DNA of 64,000 nucleotides, from positions 3,038,001-3,102,000 of the forward strand of contig CM030332.1 of assembly GCA_017654855.1 (NCBI GenBank), written 5' to 3'. Position 1 is the stretch's first letter. The number at the start of each line of letters is the position of its first letter. The notes under the pieces were generated by a model that worked only from the letters and a program-made list of their open reading frames with translations, had not been told where the DNA came from and did no database searches. The stretch comes from Podospora anserina. Its lineage: Eukaryota. A program made the translations under genes and the position numbers. Shown one piece after another: positions 24,601 to 35,379 of this stretch.

Positions 24601-25235
24601 TTTTATTTATTATATATTATGAAGCGAACATTGAATGGGGGAATAGCGGGGCGGGAGGGGTATGTATACAGTAATGTTGATGTTATTAAAAGTTTTACAA
24701 AAGTTGAGGACTTGAACTGAGGTACCTAGGGGAGAGTTTGGTTTGTGATTTTGAGTATTCCGATTTGTGGTTTTGTATACCTAGGGGAATGAATTAGTTG
24801 CCTTGGTGGTATGTATGTATGGTTGGAAAAGGTGTGGCGGAGATACCCAAGGGTTTGCTCGTTCTCTGGTGGTGTGGATAGTTGCTGTGTTTGTGTCGTC
24901 TTTTAACAATGGAAGAACGATGATAGTATCTACTTGGTTGCTGCTATAAACCGTTCTCGATCAGAAAATGAAGAGAAAAAAGTTTGATATCAAAAGCATG
25001 TAGGTTTTCCATTAATTGTATGACCTTTGAACTCACCCCCATTCAGCTTCCCGGTTTTGTTTAAGCTGTTATTATCTATCCCCTCCGCTTTACATCCTCT
25101 ACTGAATAGCATTTTGAACATACCACATGAAGGCATAAATCACAACTCCCTACCATATCCCACCCCACCCCCATAAACAACAAATGAACTGACATATACA
25201 CACACACACTTCATCTTACCTTCTCTTCCACCTCC

Positions 25236-28200
25236 TCAAAAGCCATACCCCCCTCCCGCCGGCCCCCCTCCTCCTCCCCCCGCCCCCCCAGCAACAGCAC
25301 CACTCATCAAATCCCCCCCTCCATACCACTGTTGTTGCTGCCCCCCGGTCCCCGGCTGCTCATACCTCAAAACCCCATCCTCCGCCGTGGTCAACGTCCC
25401 GTCCATAAAACCACCAAGCGTCATATCCATCGCCTGCGCGAACCCATCCCCCAACCCAGGGAAATCAAACGTGTCCCCAGGAAAAAAGGTATTGTTCAGC
25501 ATCCAGGCCGGGTTGCCCATCCCGGGAATGTCAAATGCATTGGAAGTATCAGGCTGTTGTTGTTGTTGAGGTGGGGGGTAATTACCCCAGTTTTGTTGCA
25601 TTGCCCCCGATGATGATGAAGAAGAAGGAGGGAGGATACCCTGATCATTGTTGGGGCGGGAGGAGGCACCGTTTGCAGAGGCGGCCGCCATTTCTGATAA
25701 GAGTTGAAGGGGGGTGCTAGCGACGGGTGGGTAGGTTGGTTGGGGGGTTTGGGAGGGCACTGGAGTGGGGACGTTGGGGTGTTTACTGTCAGTCCCTGAC
25801 GGGCCTGGGTAAGAGGGTGTTTGGAGAGAGGATTGGGGGGTGTCGCTTGCGGTGTTGGAGCCGTTGGAGCCAGTGCCGCTTTGGTTCTGTTTCTGCTTTT
25901 GGAACCAAGACCGGAGCATAACCAGGACGAGGAGGAATTTCGCGGCGGGTCGACTTCTGTCTTCTGCTGCGGTGGCGCGGAATTTCTCGAGGAGTTTGTC
26001 GAGGTGCTGCTCCACTTTCATGTGGTCCTTGTTGATCACCTTGCCGAGCTCACTTTTTGTGGAGGAGGCGGCGAAGTAGAGCTTGATGAGCACGACGACG
26101 GCATAGGCCACGCGGACAAAATTGAAAACTGGGAGGCACCGTGTCGTGTGGACGTCAAGTGAGAGAAATGTGTCAAAGATGCCGTCGATGGCGGTAAGAC
26201 AGGCGGAGAGGGCGTTGATATGTGCCTGCGTGAGAGGGGCATCCGAGGCCAGTGGCGTGTCTGGGTTGGGTCCCAGCCTACAGTCATCAGGACAATCGCT
26301 ATGGGTTGCGATCTCGTGCATGTAGAGGCTGATAACGTGGAAGCTCATCTTTAAAGACGCTATGAAGCTGTTAGATGTAGACCAGAAGACGTCTTTCAGA
26401 TCATACGGTCGACTTACGCTGCTGTAACTCCCTTGGAATATTCTCACTGTATCTCTCCAGCTCCCTTTCAAACCCCTTAAGCGCATATTGGGTCCTGGAA
26501 TCAGCAATATTCGGCGTAGACGAAGGATCGTCCATGGAAAACTGAATCCCGACCTCCTCGGCAAGCTTGTGCGTCCAAACCAAATGACAGAAATACTTGT
26601 CAGTCGGCACAGCCTCCGGGGAAGACTCCAGCACGTCGATACACTCTGCCATGAACGGCGTCCACCTAATCAGATTCGCCCGATGAAGTGCCATTGCCGT
26701 GTTGGTGGCCAAAAAATAACACGTCAACCACGCTCTTCTCGCCTCCAGTGTTGTCGGATCAAGCGGTGTCCCGCGCATGGGGTGGTCTCTCCAAGCCTGA
26801 GAGACGTGTCGTTTAAACCCACCTCTCGACATCTTCTTGGTTCCCAGTCCAATCTCAATAGCCATCACAGCAGCTACATGAACAAGTTGATAAAACTTGA
26901 GCTCCTCGAACCGATCTGGCGGCCAGTACCAAATAACAGCCACCTGTAGGGCTTGTACAAGCTCCAAGCTCTTGTGGCCGTCCACAATGATTTTCTCGGC
27001 AAAGACTTGCATTAGCTCCTTTGTCAGTGTTTTTTGCAAAGACGGAATCTCAGCCGAAGCAGCCGCCATCAGTGACAAAAACAAGATGGGCTTGTTTGCC
27101 CGAACCTCCCCCACCGTGACCCCAGCCGGAAACACAACACCAGGGAGATGATAGCACATCTGCTGTGTGTACCTCATGAAAAACTCTTCAGCCATATTCA
27201 TGGTCAAGATGCCCCGATCAACCACATCTGCCACCTTGGCAGCACCGTCCTCACTTTTGAAGTTTGCTCCAGCCAGTGCAACAGCAGCTCTCTCTTCCTC
27301 GCCGGTAACCTGTGTCATCTTCCTCTTCTGGCCAGCTACAGCGGGAGTTGAAGACGATATCGTCGACGACAGCGGAGGCAGAGATGTCGACATTGACTGC
27401 TGCTGCCCATACCGTTCACCACCACCCGCATACCTCCCATAATCCGTACCAGGTCGGCCGCCGCTTTGATCATGGCTAGTTCCTCTCCAATCCGCTGAAG
27501 ATACCAGAGCCTGAGCAGCTTGGTGAGCCTGGGGATCTGAACCTGGCCCGTGAAGCCCTCCTGTCGATGTGCCAGAAGTTTGCGGTCTGGTGGCCTGCAA
27601 ACTAGCAGTCAACATATCAATCTTCTTCTCCAGCTCCGCCACCCGTGAGTCCGTTTTTTTAGCCCGTTTCCTCGTGGGCTGGGTGATAACGCACTCGCGT
27701 TTGGCTTTGGCACATCTCTTGCAAGGGCCATCTGGGTCAGCCGGGTCTGGGTCACAACGAACTTTGAGACCTCTGCATGATTCACAAGCACGGGGCTTTT
27801 TGGGATCTAGCCCACCGCCAGCGCCGCCTGGAGAGTGGTGCTCATCACCGGGACTGTTGTGGTGGTGATATGAATTGTTAGGGGTGTTGACAGCAATGGA
27901 GCTGGGGGCCGTGGTATTGGCTGGAGTGGACGAGGTGTTGACGGTTGCGGTTGATGCAGGTGTTTGTGGGGAGAATGCCGATGTTGGATGGTTAGTGTGG
28001 GGAATTTGGGGTTGGTGATGATGCGGTGGTTGCCATTGCTGTTGCTGCGGGCGCAATTGATGCTGCTGCTGGGGATGATGGGCTTGGAGTTGGGGCAGCC
28101 TATCATGGTGGCGTTGTGCATTCAGCGAGCTAGCTGGCGGCTGGGCGCTCGGCGCCCCATGAACGGGGGCTGGTGTATTGCCTGGGCCGTTGCTGGAAGT

Positions 28201-28275
28201 GCTGGTGCTGCCGTTGCCGCTTCCACTGCCGCCGTTACTGCTGCGGAGCATGGGGTCAAGCGCCGAGATGTCCAT
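25236..28275 (-). CDS. Zn(II)2Cys6 transcription factor with fungal TF middle-homology region, 2 exons
   Basis: Zn cluster CESCRGLKVRCDPDPADPDGPCKRCAKAKREC. Intron 26417-26360 (GTAAGT..CTAAC..TAG) joins the 740-aa and 442-aa ORFs (LQQ|PSLKMSF). Likely start MDISALDPML at 28275. Confidence 0.92.
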
Positions 28276-29130
28276 GCCGGTGGTTGTCTGTTGGGCCTGC
28301 CGACGGTCTTGCTGATGCTGACGGCTTTTCTGAGGCCGATCACCGATGCTGAGCGGTCGAATGTCAGGGCGAAGAAAGTCGGCGCTCCAACCGAGAGTCC
28401 CGAGTTCAGAAGTGGCGCCGCGCCGAGAATGGAATCCTCCCATTAAATTGCGTACTACACCCGCTGTTACACACCCGCAAAGATTTAATTTCATGTGATG
28501 TACAAGCCTTGGATGACGACAACAACCTCGGTAAGCAAAGACTCCGACGTGGTACGTGCGCCACCTCCAACAAACAACCCTACTGCGTACAAACCATTGC
28601 GATGTGAGGCAAACCCAGAACACAGCTCATTGCCTACAGTATATGCTATATCTCAGCGGCGAGGTATCTCGGGTTAGTTGGTGAACTGTATCTTGAGGGT
28701 TGACGAAGACCTAGCTCAAGACCTTGGGGCTCCTTCTTGAATCATGATCAAGTTGCGTGATTGCATCGACATGTGCTTGCCGATGATGAAAGTTCGAGCA
28801 CTCCCATGCTGTCTGCGCATTTCAGGTCAGCGCGAGACGGCCCAGAGGGCAAGAGGTACGAGGCAGGAAGTATGAAGGAAGGCAAGAAGAATGGTTGCTG
28901 CTACCAGCTATCAGACTTTGACACCAAGATGACGGAGACTGGGCTGCGGCCCAAATGATTATTTCAAGGGAGACTCAACTTCCTGGTCCAGTGAAGTCGA
29001 AAAGTATCACTCCCGCATACATTCTTATTTCTTGAGAGAAGAGTCGACCAGCATCAAGCCCTCATCAACAGCTCCTTGTTCATCCCAATCGCTTCACTGT
29101 TAGGCCCACACGTCGGCCACCGTCAGCAAC

Positions 29131-29947
29131 ATGTTCATTAAGCTTGCCTCCTTTCTGGCTCTCGCAGCAACTGTGGTATGCTGTCTGCCAACTCCTCGGT
29201 TGTCATCCTTCTAATCCCTCTACCCTAGACCGCCACCACCCCGTTTCATACCACCAACGCCACCTCCCTGTATCAAGACAACGGCCACGGCATCAAATGG
29301 ACAGGCGTAATCACCCCCGGTCAGCCCAAAACCACCCTCTTCGGCACCGTTGACGAGATCTACAACTATATCCTCGCAATTAACCCCAACTACGTCGCCC
29401 AGCCTCTTGACAAGTCCGATCTTGCCCTCCTCGCCTCCCCCTGGAACGAACCCGGGACCACCAAGCTAGTCGCCCGACAAAGGTCAAAATACCTCGACAA
29501 GTTCCCCAGCCCCGTGTGCCGCGTCATGGCCACGGGCAACAGCAGATCCCTCGATCCCATAATAAACGAACTGGATATCCTTGGTGGAATATGTGAGGCT
29601 CCCAAGGATGCCTGCCGCCGTGTTGGGTGCAAGTCGACTACGGCTGGGTATCTTTGTGGTGTAAGTCTCTTTATCCTGTCACATAAGCGGCTTCAATACT
29701 GATGAAACGGTTAAAGGAATACGGCAACGCAGCTGTGGTTGCATGCACCGATGTGTCACGTCGTCTGGAGGTGATCAAGAGGGACTGCTGTTCGGTGATA
29801 GCTGATTTTGGCGGAAAACCAGTGTCGGGACACTCCAAACGTTACGACTACGGTGTGTATGCTGGGTATGGGAACTGTAATCATGGGGAGGATAGCTCGC
29901 CGGCTGATTATCCTTATCCTGGGGGTGGGATTAATGGGAAGTGCTAG
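29131..29947 (+). CDS. Small secreted cysteine-rich protein, 235 aa, 3 exons (not recovered intact by the ORF track)
   Basis: Exons 29131-29175, 29229-29660 and 29717-29947; introns GTATGC..CTAAT..TAG and GTAAGT..CTGAT..AAG, both phase 0. Signal peptide MFIKLASFLALAATVTA; 10 Cys, all in the C-terminal half. Confidence 0.85.
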
Positions 29948-30772
29948 GGGTTGGCGGGTATTGCAATGGTAATTGGGGGTGGTGATGTCTGCGAAGGGTT
30001 GCGAGTGTCTTTCGTCGAGGTTAGTTGATGGGGTGCTGCCTAACGATGATGTGGCCTGACGCGTCTCTAAGGGACAGGTCTGTCATTGGTCATGAATTGC
30101 TTACTTTGCACTAATAAATAAATATTATCTTCATCGATTCGGATGGAAACGCGTGTGCCTGTGAGACCCCTAAGTTGTTGCCTGGCCAACCACCAGGTCG
30201 AAAAGGGGTAGTAAGTAGGGCGCTCTCGAAAGTCTGGCTTGGACTGCCACGAACATCAACCATACCAGCTATGAAATGTTTTCGGTTGATTTAATGTGAA
30301 AGGACAGCTGTTTCAAATGAGTTTGACTGGGGGTAGTATCAATTACAGTCTTGCTGTCACCTTATACTGCAAAACGCGAAAGCGCATTCTGGACAATTTA
30401 GGGCTAGGGTTATACACGGGCGTTTCTGGTGCCAGCCTTGATGAGTCCGAGAGATCGGGTCTAAACAGAATCCACCCCGCTTTTACAGTCTCCCTGCAGG
30501 CACCCATATAGACATCACGTTCTCAAGGCAGATATTTAATTTCTGACGGATTTATGATCGTTCTCGAAGTCTTTATTTTTCGATCTCGATATTCCGTCTT
30601 TTGACAACAGGTGAGTAAGGGGGACCCGAAAAGGCGTGTTGAGGAATCGTTGCGCTGACTTGTCGTTAGAAATAATTGCACGACCACAGCAAGAGAGTGG
30701 TGCTTTTCTGTCAGATAACACGTCTCGCCAAAACCGGACTTTGTTGTTCGAGGCTTTGCGCACAACGGCAAA

Positions 30773-32302
30773 ATGGATCAGAACCGCCCAACGCTTTCCA
30801 CGCTGCCCAATGAGCTTCTCGCCATGATCATCGAGGAGCTGGTGGACGAGAGCAGCAAGCACAGCGGTGGACCTTCCATCAAAGCCTGCCGTTTGGTCAG
30901 CCGCCAGTTTTGCGACGTCAGCTCTCGCTGGCTTATTCCCTCGGTCAAAGTCGGGCACAGTAATGATTCTCTGGCGCGACTGGATGCGATATCACGACAC
31001 CCGGCGATTAGTCGTGGTGTTAGGACGATAGAGGTGGTGCTGTCTTCGTATTCTACTTTCTGGAATCCTCTTGGGGGGAAAAGGGAGTTTATCGACTTTC
31101 AGCGGAAGGTCTTGGCGAACCGGGCAAAGATTTTTGAGGTTGGCAAGATTATTACTATGACTGAGAAGGATAATGCAATATTGAGAAAGGTGCATGAGGT
31201 GTTGAGGTGTTGGCTGTATTTCCAAGAACCGAAACGACAGCCGGAGCCGGGGGCTGATTTGGCGCTTCACCGGGAGTGTATGGACAGGTATTTTGGGGAG
31301 TTTCAGAGGCTGGCTTATGAGGAGAAAGTGCTGGTGGATCAAAGGGCGATGGGGACGGCGGTTGCTGAGGCGTTGAGCCGGATGCCGTGGGTGGCTGGGC
31401 TGAGGTTTGATGATACTTGTCATTACGGCAGACGGAGGCGGGGGCTTTCGTGGGAAACGCCCGAGACGGTGGTTGAGGGGATTTATGAGAATACGCTGTT
31501 GCCGTTGACGAGGAGGGATCTCGAGGCGAGAGGGTCTGTTATTGTTGATGAGATTCCTTTTTATCATCATGCCTCGGGGCTGGTGGCCTCGCCTCGTCCG
31601 CTCTCGGAGACTATTCCTCGTGTTTTGGCTGCTGTGGGGGGTGTTGATCAGGTAGAGCTCAAGAGGCTCGTGGTGAACGTGGACTTGATTGATTTGAGGG
31701 GGGTTTTCAGGGAGGTTTCTGATTTGCGAGAGAAGCTTACAGCTGCCACGAGGAGGTTGACAGACATTTCGATCCAGCAGAAGGCTGGGTATGACGATAG
31801 GTCTTTTTGGGGACTCTGTTGTACATCGCCAAACCTTAAACACTACTCGGTGGTACTGGAGCTGGGATCACATGCGTTGGACCCGTTGCTGGAAGGGCCT
31901 GGTTCGAATGAGGAACGGAAAAACTTGACGGTTATCCAGGTGAAGGGTGCTAGAATGACCGTCAGCACCCTGAAGCGGTTTCTTGACATTATCCCAGATG
32001 TCCTGGACCGCGTGGAGTTGGTGGGTGTCGAGGTGGTTGGGGGAGGTTGGCGGGAGGTTTTGGATATGCTCCGAGCGAAGACTTACCGGCAGACGGGGGA
32101 CTGGCCGTACCCTGTGAGAATCTCTCAGGCTGTTAGCCCCCATCCGAACCATGAGTTGCACCCAACGTTTGAGTGGGTTTTCCAGAGCGATGCGACGTGG
32201 GAGCCGAGCGATGCCGACGTGTATGTCATGAGACAGTCGGGGGTCAACCCGTTTGCTCCGGAGGCAGGGAAGTTTCCTTTGGGAGGTATTGTCAAGTGGT
32301 AG
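30773..32302 (+). CDS. F-box-like protein, single exon
   Basis: N-terminal LSTLPNELLAMIIEEL...SIKACRLVSRQFCDVSSRWL matches the fungal F-box-like pattern. 509 aa with a degenerate LRR-like C-terminus. Confidence 0.78.
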   Translation: MDQNRPTLSTLPNELLAMIIEELVDESSKHSGGPSIKACRLVSRQFCDVSSRWLIPSVKVGHSNDSLARLDAISRHPAISRGVRTIEVVLSSYSTFWNPLGGKREFIDFQRKVLANRAKIFEVGKIITMTEKDNAILRKVHEVLRCWLYFQEPKRQPEPGADLALHRECMDRYFGEFQRLAYEEKVLVDQRAMGTAVAEALSRMPWVAGLRFDDTCHYGRRRRGLSWETPETVVEGIYENTLLPLTRRDLEARGSVIVDEIPFYHHASGLVASPRPLSETIPRVLAAVGGVDQVELKRLVVNVDLIDLRGVFREVSDLREKLTAATRRLTDISIQQKAGYDDRSFWGLCCTSPNLKHYSVVLELGSHALDPLLEGPGSNEERKNLTVIQVKGARMTVSTLKRFLDIIPDVLDRVELVGVEVVGGGWREVLDMLRAKTYRQTGDWPYPVRISQAVSPHPNHELHPTFEWVFQSDATWEPSDADVYVMRQSGVNPFAPEAGKFPLGGIVKW

Positions 32303-33046
32303 CTAAGGTGTGCTGTTATGGCGGCGAGACTTTTCAGTTCTAGGTTCGTCTTTACTTGCCATGCCATAGAAAGTGTACATCATTAGATACTATCACGACT
32401 TTCGAATAGCTGCCTACTTACTACCTACTTCATAGATGGAGGATGGAGTCTGTGAAACAGCACGAGAGTCAGCCGAGAATGCCAAAAGATGGAACTTTGG
32501 CCTTTCAAGATATCCTAACGGCCTACCAGCCATCGTTTTGGATCTACCAACTATATTCTCCGGCTTTACAGAGCAACTGTTTATCCTCAACATAACTGCA
32601 CCCCACGGCACCAAATCTTCCAAATAAACACCACTTCTACACCCACTATACCCCCCTCCCATCCTTTTGTTTGTCCAATCCCTATCCCAACCCAGACTTC
32701 AATCAATCTCACCCACCCTTCCAGAAGCGAACCAACCCGCGCGCCCCAACTTCCTCATCTTTCACCATCAGTAACGAGCCACCTACCAAACGGGGCCCGC
32801 TCCGTTCCTCCTATTTCTCCTTTTTAACATACCGAGCTTCGGCTCAAGTTTCTCAACCCCGAAGCTTCCTGCACCAAATTCCTTGAATGAAAAGAGGGCC
32901 AATAAAACGGCACAATTCCACCAAAGGGACCCAAAAATTCCCATGGGAATGGTATGACAAGGATTACGTTGATGGAAGGAGCGGGAGTCCAATGGCTCGT
33001 GGCTCGGGTTGCGGGTTTTGAGCTCCGGGGCCGGCGGGGGTGCATT

Positions 33047-33112
33047 TCTTCCCTTCCCTTCCCTTCCCTTCTCTTCCCTTCCCTTCCCTTCCCTTCCCTT
33101 CTCTTCCCTTCC
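33047..33112. repeat. (CTTCC)n pentanucleotide polypyrimidine tract with two CTTCT variants
   Basis: Directly visible, about 13 units. Confidence 0.93.
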
Positions 33113-34509
33113 CGTACCTACATACATACGTGCTCTCTGTTCTGTGGGGGTTAGGTCTTGGAGTCTCAAACCAGAGCTAGAAGCAAAAAGCTTCCAAGCC
33201 CTACCCACTGATGAGTCGATCATAAAACACCTACCTACCTAACCTAACCTATAACCCCCAGGTAAGTCATCAAAGAAAAAAGACCGAAAATGCAGCCAGA
33301 ATCTGCATGCTGCTTGGCTCCCTCCTGCCCCGTGTCTGACTTTCTAGCCAGGCTCTAGCATCCTTTCTTTGACCTCTCCATTCAAGAAAACTTCCTAGCT
33401 CTCTTCTCCCGCCCCCGATCGAAATATTTCATAGGTAGTCAAGCAAGAAAGTCATTGCGGTGACCTTCAGATAAGACAAGCTATCAAGGTCCTCAACCCT
33501 CCTCCCCAATCCTTTGACCCAACAGCTCAAGCCCATCCCATCTCTTCTTTGTTCCCTCACCACCAGTCCCCCACCTTCAAGCGCCAAGTGAACGGGTTGG
33601 CTGGTTTAACCCGTCTTCACCTTGATCTCCATCTCCCTTCCTATCCTAGATGGAACAACTTCGGCGTGTTGCTCGCCAACACCTTCCCACCCAACAAACA
33701 ACACCTCATCAAAGCAAAGCATCAAAGAAACACCTTATCTGATCATCAACCACACTGCACCACATCAAATCGCCATCACCCGGTTGAAATATCATTTCCT
33801 CACATTTGTAACTATGAGAAGGCATTCTAGTCGACCTAAAATAATGATACTTGTTCCCATGTCTGATCCGTTTCCATGTCCTTCCCATAATCCCATCTGT
33901 CTGCCCTATTCCCATACCAGGGCAATCCAGTTCAGTTTCAGCCATGTGATAAAAACCCGGAACCCTATTCATACACTCTGGTGTGATGACATGAAAAAAC
34001 AACCCATAAGAACCCCATGTCAAAAAATATTGCAGTCTGATTCCATGATCTGCTGCTGCTCTTTCTCATTCCATCCATCTCCCACGTTGTTCGCTCGCTC
34101 GCTAGTCATTTCACAACATAAAAACAACCGACTCCCCAACCTCGTAACCTCTCCCAATGTAGTAGAAGGTACTACCCCACTGTAGCTGCTTGTTTTGCCT
34201 TTTTGACCCGGCCTTTTGGGGGAAAGAATTGGACTCATTTCAGAGTCCCAATCCAGCTGAAAGTTGACCCCGAACACCTTGACGAACTCCAGACAAAAAA
34301 TGTTGACAGGCCGACCCGAACTCCGTTCCCAAGCCAAATAAAGCCATGTATCATGTAGGCAAAGCCCGTCCAACCCAATCTAGCCGGACCCATAAATTGG
34401 AAAAGCCTGTCTCAAACCAAATGACGTGGGTGGATGCATGCGTAGGGTAAAAGCCTTTTGAGCTCAAAAATTTTACACACATTTCTCTCTCGGTGTCTTG
34501 TTATGGAGT

Positions 34510-35379
34510 TCAGTCCATGTAAAAGTCACCCTTCAAGATGCGCTCTTGGAAGTGATCCGGCTTCTGCGGGGCACGGGGCCTCGGCTGAGCAGGCGGCGCT
34601 GGCATATCAGACACCGACCTGGCTCGGTCGTGACGAGGATTGATTGACGAAGCCGAGACGGCGGGAGGTCCACCACGAGGAGGAGAGGCGCTGAGGCCAG
34701 AGGCAAAGGAGAATGAGGACCGGGCACCTTGGGCGACGGTGCTTTCGGCACGGGATCTAAGCTGATCGGACCAGTTGAAGCCTTGGTCTGATCGAGCGGT
34801 AGGAGAGCACAAGTCAGAACCTGTTCGAGCTTGGTTTGTGGTGCTTGCCTGAGGAGGGACTGTTCTGCCCCATGTGTAATTCCCAACACCTGCCGAAGCA
34901 AGAGGGGGTGTGGGTGGATTACTGCGGGCAGTACTGCCTCGTCGGGCCGGTTGGGAAGGCATACCATTTGCACCAGGACTGTTACCTCCACGCATGCCAC
35001 GCATGGCTTGAGCGGCACCCAGGCTCATCCGGCGAGAGAAGGGAGTGGTGGGGGCGGTGTGGGACATGTCATCTCCGTCCTCGATGGCACTCTCGTTGAT
35101 GGAATCGGAATTGGTGGAGACGCTGGCCCGGCGCATAAAGGCAGCAGAGGTGTTTGTGGGAGAGGTTCCCGGAAGACCAAAGGTGGCAACAGAGACTCTT
35201 CGGCGCTGGTTGTCCAGCATGGACGTGGCCAAGGGGGTGGGGAAGCCCGTGACTGAGGGTTGCGAGATGGAATTGCTCCGGAAGAGGCTGGTGAGAGTGT
35301 TGGAGGTCACAGACCCGCGTCTCTGTTGTCGTGCCATATCGTTGTTGGAGTTGTTGGAGGATGAGTTGTCTGAAGACAT
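34510..35379 (-). CDS. Fungal Ser/Arg-rich disordered protein ending KPDHFQERILKGDFYMD; probable intron 34964-34788
   Basis: ATG at 35379 (MSSDNSS). Several RRxS motifs. GTATGC...CTGAC...CAG intron of 177 nt that lies in frame. Confidence 0.82.
   Translation of the reverse strand: MSSDNSSSNNSNNDMARQQRRGSVTSNTLTSLFRSNSISQPSVTGFPTPLATSMLDNQRRRVSVATFGLPGTSPTNTSAAFMRRASVSTNSDSINESAIEDGDDMSHTAPTTPFSRRMSLGAAQAMRGMRGGNSPGANGMPSQPARRGSTARSNPPTPPLASAGVGNYTWGRTVPPQASTTNQARTGSDLCSPTARSDQGFNWSDQLRSRAESTVAQGARSSFSFASGLSASPPRGGPPAVSASSINPRHDRARSVSDMPAPPAQPRPRAPQKPDHFQERILKGDFYMD

Noticed and set aside
28276..28623. Upstream extension of the Zn2Cys6 ORF (similarly 45660-45900 for PXR1)
   Set aside because: Non-ATG track starts running through UTR, promoter or intron sequence; composition is not coding-like.
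30992..31843. 283-aa minus ORF
   Set aside because: Shadow of the F-box-like gene with no recognisable motifs.
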